Shown: positions 1 to 8,040 of the stretch, piece by piece | Numbering within the stretch: position 1 is the stretch's first letter | Layout of the letters: every line of letters begins with the position of its first letter | Source: Coriobacteriia bacterium | Lineage (GTDB): Bacteria; Actinomycetota; Coriobacteriia; Anaerosomatales; JBAZZO01 | Direction of reading: 5' to 3' | Length of the DNA: 64,000 nucleotides | Assembly: GCA_041658765.1 (NCBI GenBank) | Contig: JBAZZO010000010.1 | Span: 2,360-66,359, forward strand | The notes under the pieces: generated by a model | Seen by the model: the letters and a program-made list of their open reading frames with translations, nothing else | The model's database searches: none | What the model was told of the DNA's origin: nothing | Position numbers and translations under genes: made by a program

Positions 1-1063
1 CGTCGTGTAGCGGCGATTGACACGACTCCGTGCGACGAAGCCTGCGACTGATAACGTCCTCCGCGAACACTGGAAAGAGCCATTGCTTCTCGCTAGATCC
101 AACCCGTTGCAGGATATCGTCGATGTCCAGAAGGTCGAAGTCTCGAGCCTTCTCAAGGTGGTACGAAGTCCCGAAGACCAAGGTGTCGCGCCACCCATAG
201 GGCCTTGTGCCTATCCGGTACTTCACGCGAGGATCGCGAAGACTCAGGGCTTTGTTAACCATCTGCCGCATGTTCGCTCCGAGCGAAGATGATGCACGCC
301 CGATACGCGAAAGTTGATCGTACTCGTCGATTCGGACGTAGACGGACGTCTCGTCCGAGACCACTCCCGCCTCAATCAAGGCCGATGCTGCGACCGAGAT
401 AGGCTCACCAATTGGGCTTATGCTTTCGGCCAGTCGGTTCGGCAATTCGCTGGAGCTGTAGTTCAAGTACCTTCGGTAGTCCGCGATTCTGCCACGCAGC
501 CGTTCCTCAAGTTGCTCTCGGTTCGTGACTCCATCAAGGTACCCCTGCCAGACATCACTCACCGCAATTCGCTTGGCGGCCTCGTCCATGCTCGCAGCCG
601 AGTAGCCCATCCCGATTCCTCGTCCGACAGCGCCCTCCAACTCAGTCCCAAGCGTGTCTGCCGAGTTCAGCATGTCGCGCACCAGCCAGTAGTTGAGGAA
701 GTCACCGAAGTAGATGGCCGCCAGGACTTCAGGGTCCTCCGATTCCGTCTTCGGAAGGCGCTGCCCGAAGTCCGCCGCAGCACTCCTCCGCAGGCTCATC
801 CCCGCCCCAATGAACGTCGAAAGGTCATCCGGGGCAGGAAAGGGAATGCCTCTGCGGTAGTAGGCCACCCGTACCTCTGGCTTGAGCAGGGCAAGAAGCA
901 TCGTCTTTCCTGCCCCCTCGGTTCCCTGCACAACCACATGGGTGTTCTTGAACATCGCAAGCGCATGATCCATCAGCTTCGGACTGAAGACATCGACGAA
1001 GTGCTCGTCGCTGACCATCTCGCCCACGTAGAGTTCTTCAAATGGGTTCTTCTCTCGTGCCAC
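1..1063 (-). CDS. P-loop NTPase (AAA/ORC-Cdc6-like), C-terminus outside window
   Basis: Not in the ORF track because it runs off the window. The reverse strand from GTG at 1063 stays open to position 1. That GTG lies 5 nt after the stop of 1069..2067, with a GAGGGTG SD-like sequence upstream. Translation: VAREKNPFEELYVGEM...HVVVQGTEGAGKTMLLALL (Walker A) ... SVYVRIDEYDQL (Walker B-like hhhhDE). The + strand ORFs 17..292 and 314..1120 are its shadows. Confidence 0.6.
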   Translation of the reverse strand, partial: MAREKNPFEELYVGEMVSDEHFVDVFSPKLMDHALAMFKNTHVVVQGTEGAGKTMLLALLKPEVRVAYYRRGIPFPAPDDLSTFIGAGMSLRRSAAADFGQRLPKTESEDPEVLAAIYFGDFLNYWLVRDMLNSADTLGTELEGAVGRGIGMGYSAASMDEAAKRIAVSDVWQGYLDGVTNREQLEERLRGRIADYRRYLNYSSSELPNRLAESISPIGEPISVAASALIEAGVVSDETSVYVRIDEYDQLSRIGRASSSLGANMRQMVNKALSLRDPRVKYRIGTRPYGWRDTLVFGTSYHLEKARDFDLLDIDDILQRVGSSEKQWLFPVFAEDVISRRLRRTESCQSPLHD

Positions 1064-1068
1064 CTAGA

Positions 1069-2067
1069 TCACACCCTCGATGAGCGGGGAAAAAGAGGTT
1101 TCCATGTGTCGGACGAGTAGTGCAGGAGCGGAAGCGAGTTGTCAGGAGTGTTGCTGTACATCACCAATAGCGACCCAGTTCCCTCGAAGCCATCTGGCCC
1201 GTACGGCTTCACGCATGGGTCTGGAGCGTGCTGACCGGTCATCGTCGTGTAGAGATCCGCTGCAATCTGCCTGATTCGAGGAAACAGGTCGCCCTGCGTC
1301 CCACTTGCGGGCAAGAGAACGGTCGCCCCACCCCGCAAGACAAAGACGGGACTGAACGTTAGCCGGCCGGGGTGAGCAGCTTGCAGTTCGAGTCCGCGTT
1401 GGTGCCCGTCTGGGCACACCAACAGCGGCACAAGCAGCACTTTGAATCTGTCGGGTAGCGCCAAGGCGCACGTAACGGCCGAGTTCATTTGGGATCCGCT
1501 GCCGACGAAGTCCTCTAGGAGTATTAGAAAGCGGAACCCGCAGGAGTCCATGTGGTTCTCGATCTTGGCCAGGTCACCAAGTCCACGTAGCGAGTACCAG
1601 TCGGGCCGAAAACGCGCGCCCTCGATGTTGTTCGCATGGTAGAAGCTGGCGATGTCCATGCTGTCAGTGACCGGACAGTACCAAGACAGCCTGGATGCGG
1701 CCTCTATTCTCTCGGCCAAGTCCTCATCGTCCAGGGAGAATGGCTCGCATTGTTCCAGCAGCCAGCGGGAAACCGGACCACGGAACGCAGCTCGGTACAG
1801 CGACACGAAGTCGCGGAAGCTAGCGAACATCAACTCGGGAACGAGGGCCAGCAGCAGTCTCTGTCGATCATCATCGACACAGTCGAGCCAATGGCGAAGC
1901 CGTGTCGTGAAGGGCGGGGCGGGAGGCCCGACCGCGGGGAGGTACTCACAGAAACGGTAATCGGCGAGAAACCGAACTTGCTCCAGCGTCGAGTGCGCCG
2001 TCGGGCCTTGCTGATCCTGACCCTCGGACCATCGGCTCACCCGATCCTGCAGACTCTCGTAAGGCAC
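1069..2067 (-). CDS. phosphoribosyltransferase-like (PRTase-fold) protein with unassigned N-terminal domain
   Basis: Track ORF, 332 aa. FRFLILLEDFVGSGSQMNS fits the PRPP-binding loop pattern of type I PRTases (hydrophobic x4, two acidic, xx, G/S-G-S/T). The N-terminal ~150 aa has no motif I recognise. There is a 5-nt gap to the downstream NTPase gene. Confidence 0.55.
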   Translation of the reverse strand: MPYESLQDRVSRWSEGQDQQGPTAHSTLEQVRFLADYRFCEYLPAVGPPAPPFTTRLRHWLDCVDDDRQRLLLALVPELMFASFRDFVSLYRAAFRGPVSRWLLEQCEPFSLDDEDLAERIEAASRLSWYCPVTDSMDIASFYHANNIEGARFRPDWYSLRGLGDLAKIENHMDSCGFRFLILLEDFVGSGSQMNSAVTCALALPDRFKVLLVPLLVCPDGHQRGLELQAAHPGRLTFSPVFVLRGGATVLLPASGTQGDLFPRIRQIAADLYTTMTGQHAPDPCVKPYGPDGFEGTGSLLVMYSNTPDNSLPLLHYSSDTWKPLFPRSSRV

Positions 2068-2396
2068 ATCGACCTCCTCCGCCTGTCAGGATAGCAGGTG
2101 CCCGCAGTTTCCTTGGCCCTTCGGTGCGGGCGTGTCTGATACGAGTGCCGAGGCTACGTGACGAACCGAACGTGCCTGCACGGTTTGGTGCGATGGCCCA
2201 AAGGAGCCGCTGGAGACCAGCGGCGTGAATCGCCGCCCACATTCGCATTACCGTTGCAACGCACAGGGACTTGCCCAGAACTCCCGGATTCGAGACCGAC
2301 AGACTGGGAGCCCTGCTGTCGCCGAACCAGTCGGGCACGTCGCGCTTCTCTGGCTTGACGTCGCCGAAGTTTCACTGATATGCTCTGTTTCACCGA

Positions 2397-3476
2397 TTGG
2401 TGAAAGGTGCATTTGCAGTGAAAGAACCTGAGATTCTCGAGAGACTCCCCGCCGCGCTGCAAGCATGCCTCGACGGGGTGCCGAAGACCGCGATCGGATC
2501 CGTGGAGCGAGAAGTCCGCGCAGGCGGCGCGACAGCCGACCTGGTGGTGCGGCTCCAGCTGCTCGGGCGCGCACGCTCCATGGTCGTCGAGGCGAAAAGC
2601 AGCGGCCAGCCGAAGAGTGCTCGAGTAGCGGTCGACCAGCTGCGACGTCTGCTCCTCGACGAGCGACTGAAAGGCGCCTACCCCGTCTTTGCGGCGCCCT
2701 ACGTGTCCGAGGCCGCCAGGATCATCTGTCGCGATTCTGGGTGTGGATACTTCGACCTGGCCGGGAACTGCCGCTTCTCTCTGGATGGCGTCTACATCGA
2801 ACGGGCGTCTGGGCCGAACCCCTTCAAAGAGAACCGGGGTGAGCCTTCGATCTTCTCAGCGAAGTCCTCTCGGATCCTGCGGCTGCTTCTCAACGAGCCT
2901 CGCCGCGAGTGGCGGGTGCAGCAGATCTCAAAGGTCGCTGGGGTGAGCATCGGTCTGGCATCCAGGATCAAGCGCCAGCTCGAGGAGCGGGAATGGATCG
3001 CGGCCGGAGAGGGCGGGGTGAGGCTTGCCCAGCCCGAGGTCATGCTCCAAGCGTGGGCCGCTGCGTACAGCTACAAACAGAATCGCGTCTTCCAGTACTA
3101 CACGCTCGACGAGATCGGCGAAGCGGAGACGTCCGTCGCGGAATGGTGCCGGGAGAGCGGCGTGGACTACGCACTGACCGGTTTCTCCGGCGCACGCCTG
3201 CTCGCCCCTCGAGTGCGGTACGACCGAGCCACCATCTACGTGAGTTCCCGCCTCGGCAGTGCAGCCGACGGTGCCCGGCTGAAACCGGTCGACACGGGAG
3301 CCAACGTTCTGCTGCTCCAGCCATTCGATGACGGCGTCTATGACGGGTCGGAGTATCGTTACGGACTTCGGACGGTCTCGGCCGTGCAGCTCTATCTGGA
3401 TCTACGTTCCATGCCGGGACGCGGAGAAGAGGCCGCTCAGGAGATCCTCGAGCGAGAGCTGCGGCCCTCATGGTGA
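2397..3476 (+). CDS. AbiEi-like wHTH antitoxin/regulator with extra N-terminal nuclease-like domain
   Basis: Track ORF, 359 aa (TTG 2397; GTG 2400 is possible). Central wHTH-like segment: SSRILRLLLNEPRREWRVQQISKVAGVSIGLASRIKRQLEEREWI. The N-terminal part contains D...VVEAK, reminiscent of PD-(D/E)xK. The stop overlaps the start of the next gene (3470..3476). Confidence 0.5.
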   Translation: MVKGAFAVKEPEILERLPAALQACLDGVPKTAIGSVEREVRAGGATADLVVRLQLLGRARSMVVEAKSSGQPKSARVAVDQLRRLLLDERLKGAYPVFAAPYVSEAARIICRDSGCGYFDLAGNCRFSLDGVYIERASGPNPFKENRGEPSIFSAKSSRILRLLLNEPRREWRVQQISKVAGVSIGLASRIKRQLEEREWIAAGEGGVRLAQPEVMLQAWAAAYSYKQNRVFQYYTLDEIGEAETSVAEWCRESGVDYALTGFSGARLLAPRVRYDRATIYVSSRLGSAADGARLKPVDTGANVLLLQPFDDGVYDGSEYRYGLRTVSAVQLYLDLRSMPGRGEEAAQEILERELRPSW

Positions 3477-4294
3477 AGAGCAGACTGGACTACCCGCCCG
3501 ACGCGGTCGAAGCAGCGAAGTCGGTGCTGGTGGAACTCGCCCACATCCTCGGCGAGTACCGCGACGAAATGGTCATCGTAGGCGGATGGGTGCCGTTCCT
3601 CCTCATGCCGGATGCTGCCGGGCACGTCGGCAGCACCGACGTCGACATCGCGCTCAACCACCTGGCGGAGACCGACGAGGTCTACGCCAGGATCAGCGAG
3701 TTGCTCAGGGACCACGGCTACGTGCAGGATGCACGCCAGCCTTTCATCTGGTTCAAGGACGTGGGGTTCGAAGGCGCGGATGCGGCAAGGGTCGAGGTCG
3801 ATTTCCTCGCCGGAGAGTACGGCGGCACGAACAAGGAGCACCGCACTCAGCGCATCCAGGACATGAGACCGCGGAAGGCGCGGGGCGCCGATCTGCTTCT
3901 CGATGGATCCGTCGAGCGTCAGATCGAGGCACGACTGCCGAACGGCGCGATCGACATGGTCACGGTGAAGGTCGCTGGCGTGGTGCCCTATCTGGTCATG
4001 AAGAGCTCGGCGCTGGGTTCCAGGGTCAAGGAGAAGGACGCGTACGACATCTGGTTCACGTTGGCCAACTACCCCGGCGGTGCCGCTGCTGTCGTCGAGG
4101 AGTTCAAGCTCTTCGCGACCCATGGGCTAGTACTCGAAGCTCTTGCACTCCTCGACGACAAGTTCGCCTCGCCACAGCATTTCGGTCCCGTATCGGTCGC
4201 CCTCTTCCTTGAAGCCGAAGGCGAGGAGGCTGAGCGTATCAAGCGCGACGCATACGAGCGGGTCCGGGCTCTCATCACAGAGCTTCGCGGCTGA
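3470..4294 (+). CDS. nucleotidyltransferase, AbiEii/MNT-like toxin candidate
   Basis: 274 aa. VIVGGWVPFLL...GSTDVDIAL matches the minimal NTase signature G[GS]-x(9-13)-DxD. It overlaps the upstream wHTH gene by 7 nt, which is the typical AbiE arrangement. Confidence 0.6.
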   Translation: MVKSRLDYPPDAVEAAKSVLVELAHILGEYRDEMVIVGGWVPFLLMPDAAGHVGSTDVDIALNHLAETDEVYARISELLRDHGYVQDARQPFIWFKDVGFEGADAARVEVDFLAGEYGGTNKEHRTQRIQDMRPRKARGADLLLDGSVERQIEARLPNGAIDMVTVKVAGVVPYLVMKSSALGSRVKEKDAYDIWFTLANYPGGAAAVVEEFKLFATHGLVLEALALLDDKFASPQHFGPVSVALFLEAEGEEAERIKRDAYERVRALITELRG

Positions 4295-4295
4295 C

Positions 4296-4360
4296 ATGGC
4301 CGGCCCCACATCGATCGAGTGGACCGAGGCGACCTGGAACCCGGTCACTGGGTGCCACCG
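4296..4360 (+). pseudogene. N-terminal remnant of a DUF5131 (phage Gp37/Gp68-like) gene
   Basis: MAGPTSIEWTEATWNPVTGCH reproduces the conserved N-terminus IEWT..TWNP.TGC of that family. Similarity stops after ~21 codons, and the rest of track ORF 4143..4511 is unrelated. Confidence 0.45.
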
Positions 4361-4581
4361 TGACCGTCTCACGCGCGCGGTCGATGAGCGTAACCACTTC
4401 GTCCTCGATGTGATGTCGAAGCCACGACTCTGGGTGACAGGTGATCGGGATGAGCTCGAGCGACTGGCTCGAGAAGGGTCGCATCAAGCGTCAAGCAGCG
4501 GATCGCGCTGAGATCCAGCGGCTGTTGGCGGTTGTCGACCGGGACCTCGCGGACGCGAGCGATCTCATGGTTAGGCCGATG

Positions 4582-4636
4582 GTTTCCTTAGTCCAAGGAC
4601 ACATCTGGCATATTGTTTCCTTGCGCCAAGGACACA
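4582..4636. repeat. tandem imperfect repeat, 2 copies, 32-bp period
   Basis: GTTTCCTTAGTCCAAGGACACAT (4582-4604) and GTTTCCTTGCGCCAAGGACACAT (4614-4636) are 20/23 identical. They sit in a locally AT-richer non-coding patch. Confidence 0.7.
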
Positions 4637-4721
4637 TTACGAAGACATCGACGTCGAAGGCGGCATCATTCACGTCATGCCCGCACGGGCTTGGATGCTA
4701 GGGGTGTAGGCGCCCTGCCGC

Positions 4722-5660
4722 CTATCCGACTAGATCGCGAACGCTCTGCGCTGCGACAGGCGAGATGCGATCGAGCGCGGAGGCCGACTTCGCCACCCGG
4801 CTCGCCCACGACTTTCCCCTCACGGCAAGCGCCTCCCAGGCAAGAACGAGATCCCCCGGCCGGTCTGCGTGCAGCACCTCGAGTATCTGCGCCGCCTGTG
4901 AAAGGTCCTTCTCCCGCTTCGGCTGCATCGCAACAGGACGCTCCCCCGCGATCATCAACTTGTGGAGAGCGAACCGCGCCGCATCCGGCACGTTCACCGC
5001 GACGACCCCGCCGCCGACCACTGCCGCCCTCACGGACGAGTCGATGAGATAGTCCAGGAATCTCAAGGGCTGCGCGGCGGCGGCGAACCTGGGCAGGCTC
5101 ACGGGACGCGATCGGGCCCTTGCGGCCGGCGTCAGAAGGTCCACCCGCAAGCTTCGCCCCCGCACCTTGAACGAGGTGGTCGGACTCTTGGGATCGAGAC
5201 CGGGGACCGGCAGGAACCCCATCTCCAGGCTATCCCGTGCTGAAGGCAGGTCGGCGTCGACGCCCGGAACCGCGATATCGAGCTTGGGATCGGCCGCTAT
5301 GTCGACATCCTGAGTCCTCAGAGAGGTGCCCCAGCGGACCCCGAGAAGGTTGCCGAGCACGACGAACGCGTGAGTCCCGACAAGGACTCCGCCGGCGTGG
5401 AACACCCCCGCGTCCGCGAGCGCACGAAGCACTCGGGCCGAGGGCGCATCGGTGACCATCGCGCCACCTGCGCGCAGCAGAGCCGCCAACCGCTCGATGG
5501 ATCGTTGGTCGGCGGCGACGTTGGCTCTCCCCTCGGCGAACCGATCGGCCAACTCGTCGAGCGCGGCGTCCCGACGGCCCAGATAGGTCTGGCGCTTCGT
5601 CCCGCCAGGCCCCATGTGCTGGAAGTAGTAGTACTCCTGGCCCTTCACCATCTTCGTCAC
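4722..5660 (-). CDS. GSU2403-family nucleotidyltransferase-fold protein (start possibly further upstream, up to 5765)
   Basis: Track ORF, 312 aa (GTG 5660). ...KGQEYYYFQHMGPGGTKRQTYLGRRD... and the overall layout match my recollection of this family. The frame stays open and protein-like upstream (LQRQPLEVQTIYAELLEQIAVYEASRTIGHTAGSFVTK). There AAGGAGG lies 7 nt before a CTG at 5765, with no ATG/GTG/TTG available. Confidence 0.55.
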   Translation of the reverse strand: MTKMVKGQEYYYFQHMGPGGTKRQTYLGRRDAALDELADRFAEGRANVAADQRSIERLAALLRAGGAMVTDAPSARVLRALADAGVFHAGGVLVGTHAFVVLGNLLGVRWGTSLRTQDVDIAADPKLDIAVPGVDADLPSARDSLEMGFLPVPGLDPKSPTTSFKVRGRSLRVDLLTPAARARSRPVSLPRFAAAAQPLRFLDYLIDSSVRAAVVGGGVVAVNVPDAARFALHKLMIAGERPVAMQPKREKDLSQAAQILEVLHADRPGDLVLAWEALAVRGKSWASRVAKSASALDRISPVAAQSVRDLVG

Positions 5661-5782
5661 GAAGGAGCCGGCGGTATGTCCGATGGTACGCGAGGCCTCA
5701 TAGACAGCGATCTGCTCAAGAAGCTCGGCGTAGATCGTCTGGACTTCGAGCGGCTGACGCTGCAGGGGTTCACCTCCTTGTA

Positions 5783-5816
5783 GTTATACGCACAATACGT
5801 CGATGCTGCGTATAAC
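5783..5816. promoter_or_regulatory. perfect 10-bp inverted repeat (operator or hairpin)
   Basis: GTTATACGCA (5783-5792) and TGCGTATAAC (5807-5816) with a 14-bp spacer. It is AT-rich and lies between the stop of the oxidoreductase gene and the SD of the NTase gene. Confidence 0.3.
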
Positions 5817-5828
5817 ACAAGTCGAGCG

Positions 5829-6749
5829 CTACGCCACGTTGATGATCACGTTGCCGCGCTTGTGCCCCGTGTCGACGTACCTGTGCGCGTCGACTATGTC
5901 GTCCAGTGCATAGGTGCGATCGATCACCGGCCTGATCTCACCGCGCGCCGCCAACTCGGCGAGCAACACCAGATCCTCGCGCCGGAGCTTCGGTGAGCCG
6001 TCGTCGACCGAGACGCAGGCTCCGCCGGGAGCCAGCACTCGCCGGCACCTCCGAAGGGCACTGGCGCTCTTGTTCTTGCCCACGGCGTCGAAGATCAGGT
6101 CGTAGCGCTCCGCCCCGTCCGCGAAGTCCTCGACGGTGTAGTCGACCACCCTCGTGGCGCCGAGAGATGTCACAAGCTCCACGTTCGCAGTGCTGCAGAC
6201 ACCCGTCACCTCCGCGCCGAGGTGCCGGGCGAGCTGCACCGCCGACGTGCCCACGGCCCCGGACGCCCCGAAGACGAGGACGCTTTGTCCCGCTCGAACG
6301 CCGGCCTTGCGAAGGTAGCTGAGAGCGAGGAGGCCACCGTAGGGAATGGCTGCCGCCTCCTCGTCGGTGAGGTTGGCCGGTCGCGTTGCCAGAAGTCCGT
6401 CTTCCGGCCAACACACGTACTGCGCATACGTCCCGAAGAGGTGCCGATTGAAGCCGAAGACGCGGTCGCCCGCCTTGAACGACCTAACGTCCGGTCCGAC
6501 CGCATCCACCACCCCTGAGAGCACCATGCCGAGAACCGGTTGCCTCGGTGCGTTCCAACCGAGCACGAGCCGCGCCATGATCCGGTAAGCGGGACTCAGT
6601 CTCAGCCCCCGGACGTAGGTATCACTCGATGCCACGGGGGTAGCCAAGATGCGTATGCGCACCTCGTTCTTCCGAGGAGCTGGAGTCGCGATCTCCTCGA
6701 CCCGGAGAACCTCAGGCGGGCCGTAGCGCGTGCAAACTACTGCTCTCAC
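5829..6749 (-). CDS. NAD(P)H-dependent medium-chain dehydrogenase/reductase (quinone oxidoreductase-like)
   Basis: Track ORF 5829..7037 trimmed to GTG 6749, which forms a GTGA overlap with the stop of the upstream gene. VRAVVCTRYGPPEVLRVEEI...VLVFGASGAVGTSAVQLARHLGAEVTGV is the MDR fold with a GxGxxG dinucleotide site. Confidence 0.75.
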   Translation of the reverse strand: MRAVVCTRYGPPEVLRVEEIATPAPRKNEVRIRILATPVASSDTYVRGLRLSPAYRIMARLVLGWNAPRQPVLGMVLSGVVDAVGPDVRSFKAGDRVFGFNRHLFGTYAQYVCWPEDGLLATRPANLTDEEAAAIPYGGLLALSYLRKAGVRAGQSVLVFGASGAVGTSAVQLARHLGAEVTGVCSTANVELVTSLGATRVVDYTVEDFADGAERYDLIFDAVGKNKSASALRRCRRVLAPGGACVSVDDGSPKLRREDLVLLAELAARGEIRPVIDRTYALDDIVDAHRYVDTGHKRGNVIINVA

Positions 6750-7447
6750 TCTGCGCCCTTGAGGGAAGCGATCGCGGATGGGCTGAACCCCTTGGCGATC
6801 AGCCACACCGCCAGAACCATCTCCTGCAAGAAGATCGGGAGATTCAAGACGATCTGGGGCGCCGACATGGGATCGATGGCCTGGAACACGACCAAGATGC
6901 TTGCCGTGAAGCCCAGCGTGACTGCAACGATCCCCCAACCGGACAACCATCGAGGGATGAGCCTCGATCGATAGAACACGAGGTAGTACATCAGGCCGGC
7001 TGGGTAGAAGGCCAAGGTCCCTGCCATGCCCGCCCAACTCCGGACCGCCATCAGCAGTGCGCCTGAGGCTTGAAGGTACGACGAAGCCGGAGCGCCGGCC
7101 TCCACGAGCCCACGACTCAATGTCACCATCGATAGCACCGCGATCGCCCCGATGCTGTAGAGAACTGCCTCGATGATCCTCAAGCCGACGGCGCCGAGCG
7201 ACAGACCCTCGCTGTATCGCCGCAACACGGGATACAGCGCGATCGCGATGCTGGCGGACGCGAAGAACGCGACCAGCCCGAAGAGCGCTCCCGCAGCCAC
7301 CTGGTTCTGGTGTGCGGCGATCTTGGCAAGGATGTCGGCCCCTTTGAGGATCGGATCCAGAAGCACCACCCTGCCGAGCAAGCTTGCAGTCGTAGCGACT
7401 ATGAAGAGCACTCCTGCGACTACCGCTGTTCGCCTGTCTTTGCTCAT
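6746..7447 (-). CDS. DUF4386-like polytopic membrane protein (paralog 1)
   Basis: Paralog of 8041..8742. Shared features: N-terminal DRR.A...GVL(F/Y)IV and C-terminal L(I/V)PRWLS.WG...QEMVLA(V/I)WLIAKGFSP. ATG 7447 is preferred over TTG 7471 because of an SD-like GGGAAG and because it aligns with the paralog start. Confidence 0.6.
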   Translation of the reverse strand: MSKDRRTAVVAGVLFIVATTASLLGRVVLLDPILKGADILAKIAAHQNQVAAGALFGLVAFFASASIAIALYPVLRRYSEGLSLGAVGLRIIEAVLYSIGAIAVLSMVTLSRGLVEAGAPASSYLQASGALLMAVRSWAGMAGTLAFYPAGLMYYLVFYRSRLIPRWLSGWGIVAVTLGFTASILVVFQAIDPMSAPQIVLNLPIFLQEMVLAVWLIAKGFSPSAIASLKGAE

Positions 7448-7549
7448 GATCGACTTCCCATTCCTCGTCAACTCTCGTGTGTCCCGTCCTGAGAACCTGA
7501 CCGAGACGTGTCAGGTTGAAGCTCTCTTGCTAGGTGGCGTGCTCCACCC

Positions 7550-7882
7550 CTAGACGAATGCCACAACGGCCAGGGTGCCTACGACGGCCGCTTCGGCGGC
7601 GAGAGCGCCCGCAGCAGCAGGACCGATCTTCCGGTACGTGTAGCCCGCCATGACCGAAAGCAGCACGAATCGCACGACCTGGCCCACGGCCGGTCCGCCA
7701 GCCTGAAGTCAGGCGAAGCCGGACGCGACCACGAGGCCCCCCGCCACCAGACAGACTCCCGCCAGCACCCGCGGCGACAACTGCTTGCGCCTGCCCCTCG
7801 CGGCGTACCAGATGGCGAAGGCGACGAACACGACGATCCCCGCGAGCATGGTTGCGATGGGCACAAAGAACTTGCTGTCCAC
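7550..7882 (-). pseudogene. small membrane-protein ORF interrupted by an in-frame TGA
   Basis: Not in the track because both halves are <60 aa. GGAGGTGA SD, then GTG 7882: VDSKFFVPIATMLAGIVVFVAFAIWYAARGRRKQLSPRVLAGVCLVAGGLVVASGFA, then TGA (7709-7711). The same frame continues LQAGGPAVGQVVRFVLLSVMAGYTYRKIGPAAAGALAAEAAVVGTLAVVAFV to a TAG at 7550-7552. Confidence 0.3.
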
Positions 7883-8040
7883 GCCGATCTCACCTCCGTC
7901 TGACGATGCTTGTCCCGTGCGGCGTGCCTGGCGTCTGGCGCTCGACCGCGCGCCGACACTGGCATAGAGCGCAAACCTTGAACGTACGTCAGGTTGACGT
8001 GCCTGCTACGCGCGCCCCAGCCCGCGAAGCCGGCCGCATC

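Noticed and set aside
17-1120. Track ORFs 17..292 and 314..1120 on the + strand
   Set aside because: Their translations are low-complexity and R/S/V-rich. The opposite strand encodes a continuous Walker-A/B NTPase in the same interval, so these are antisense shadows.
4582-4636. Possible CRISPR array or other multi-copy array
   Set aside because: There are only two imperfect copies and no cas genes anywhere in the window. No other regularly spaced repeats were found on inspection.
4491-4673. Reverse-strand ORF with internal MCPWRKETI / MCPWTKETI duplication
   Set aside because: The peptide repeat is produced by the 32-bp-period DNA repeat. There is no SD or start context and no recognisable fold. 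It is treated as non-coding.
7709-7711. In-frame TGA as a selenocysteine codon
   Set aside because: I noticed no SECIS-like hairpin immediately downstream and no selenoprotein context. A membrane helix is an implausible place for Sec. Pseudogene or two mini-ORFs is more parsimonious.
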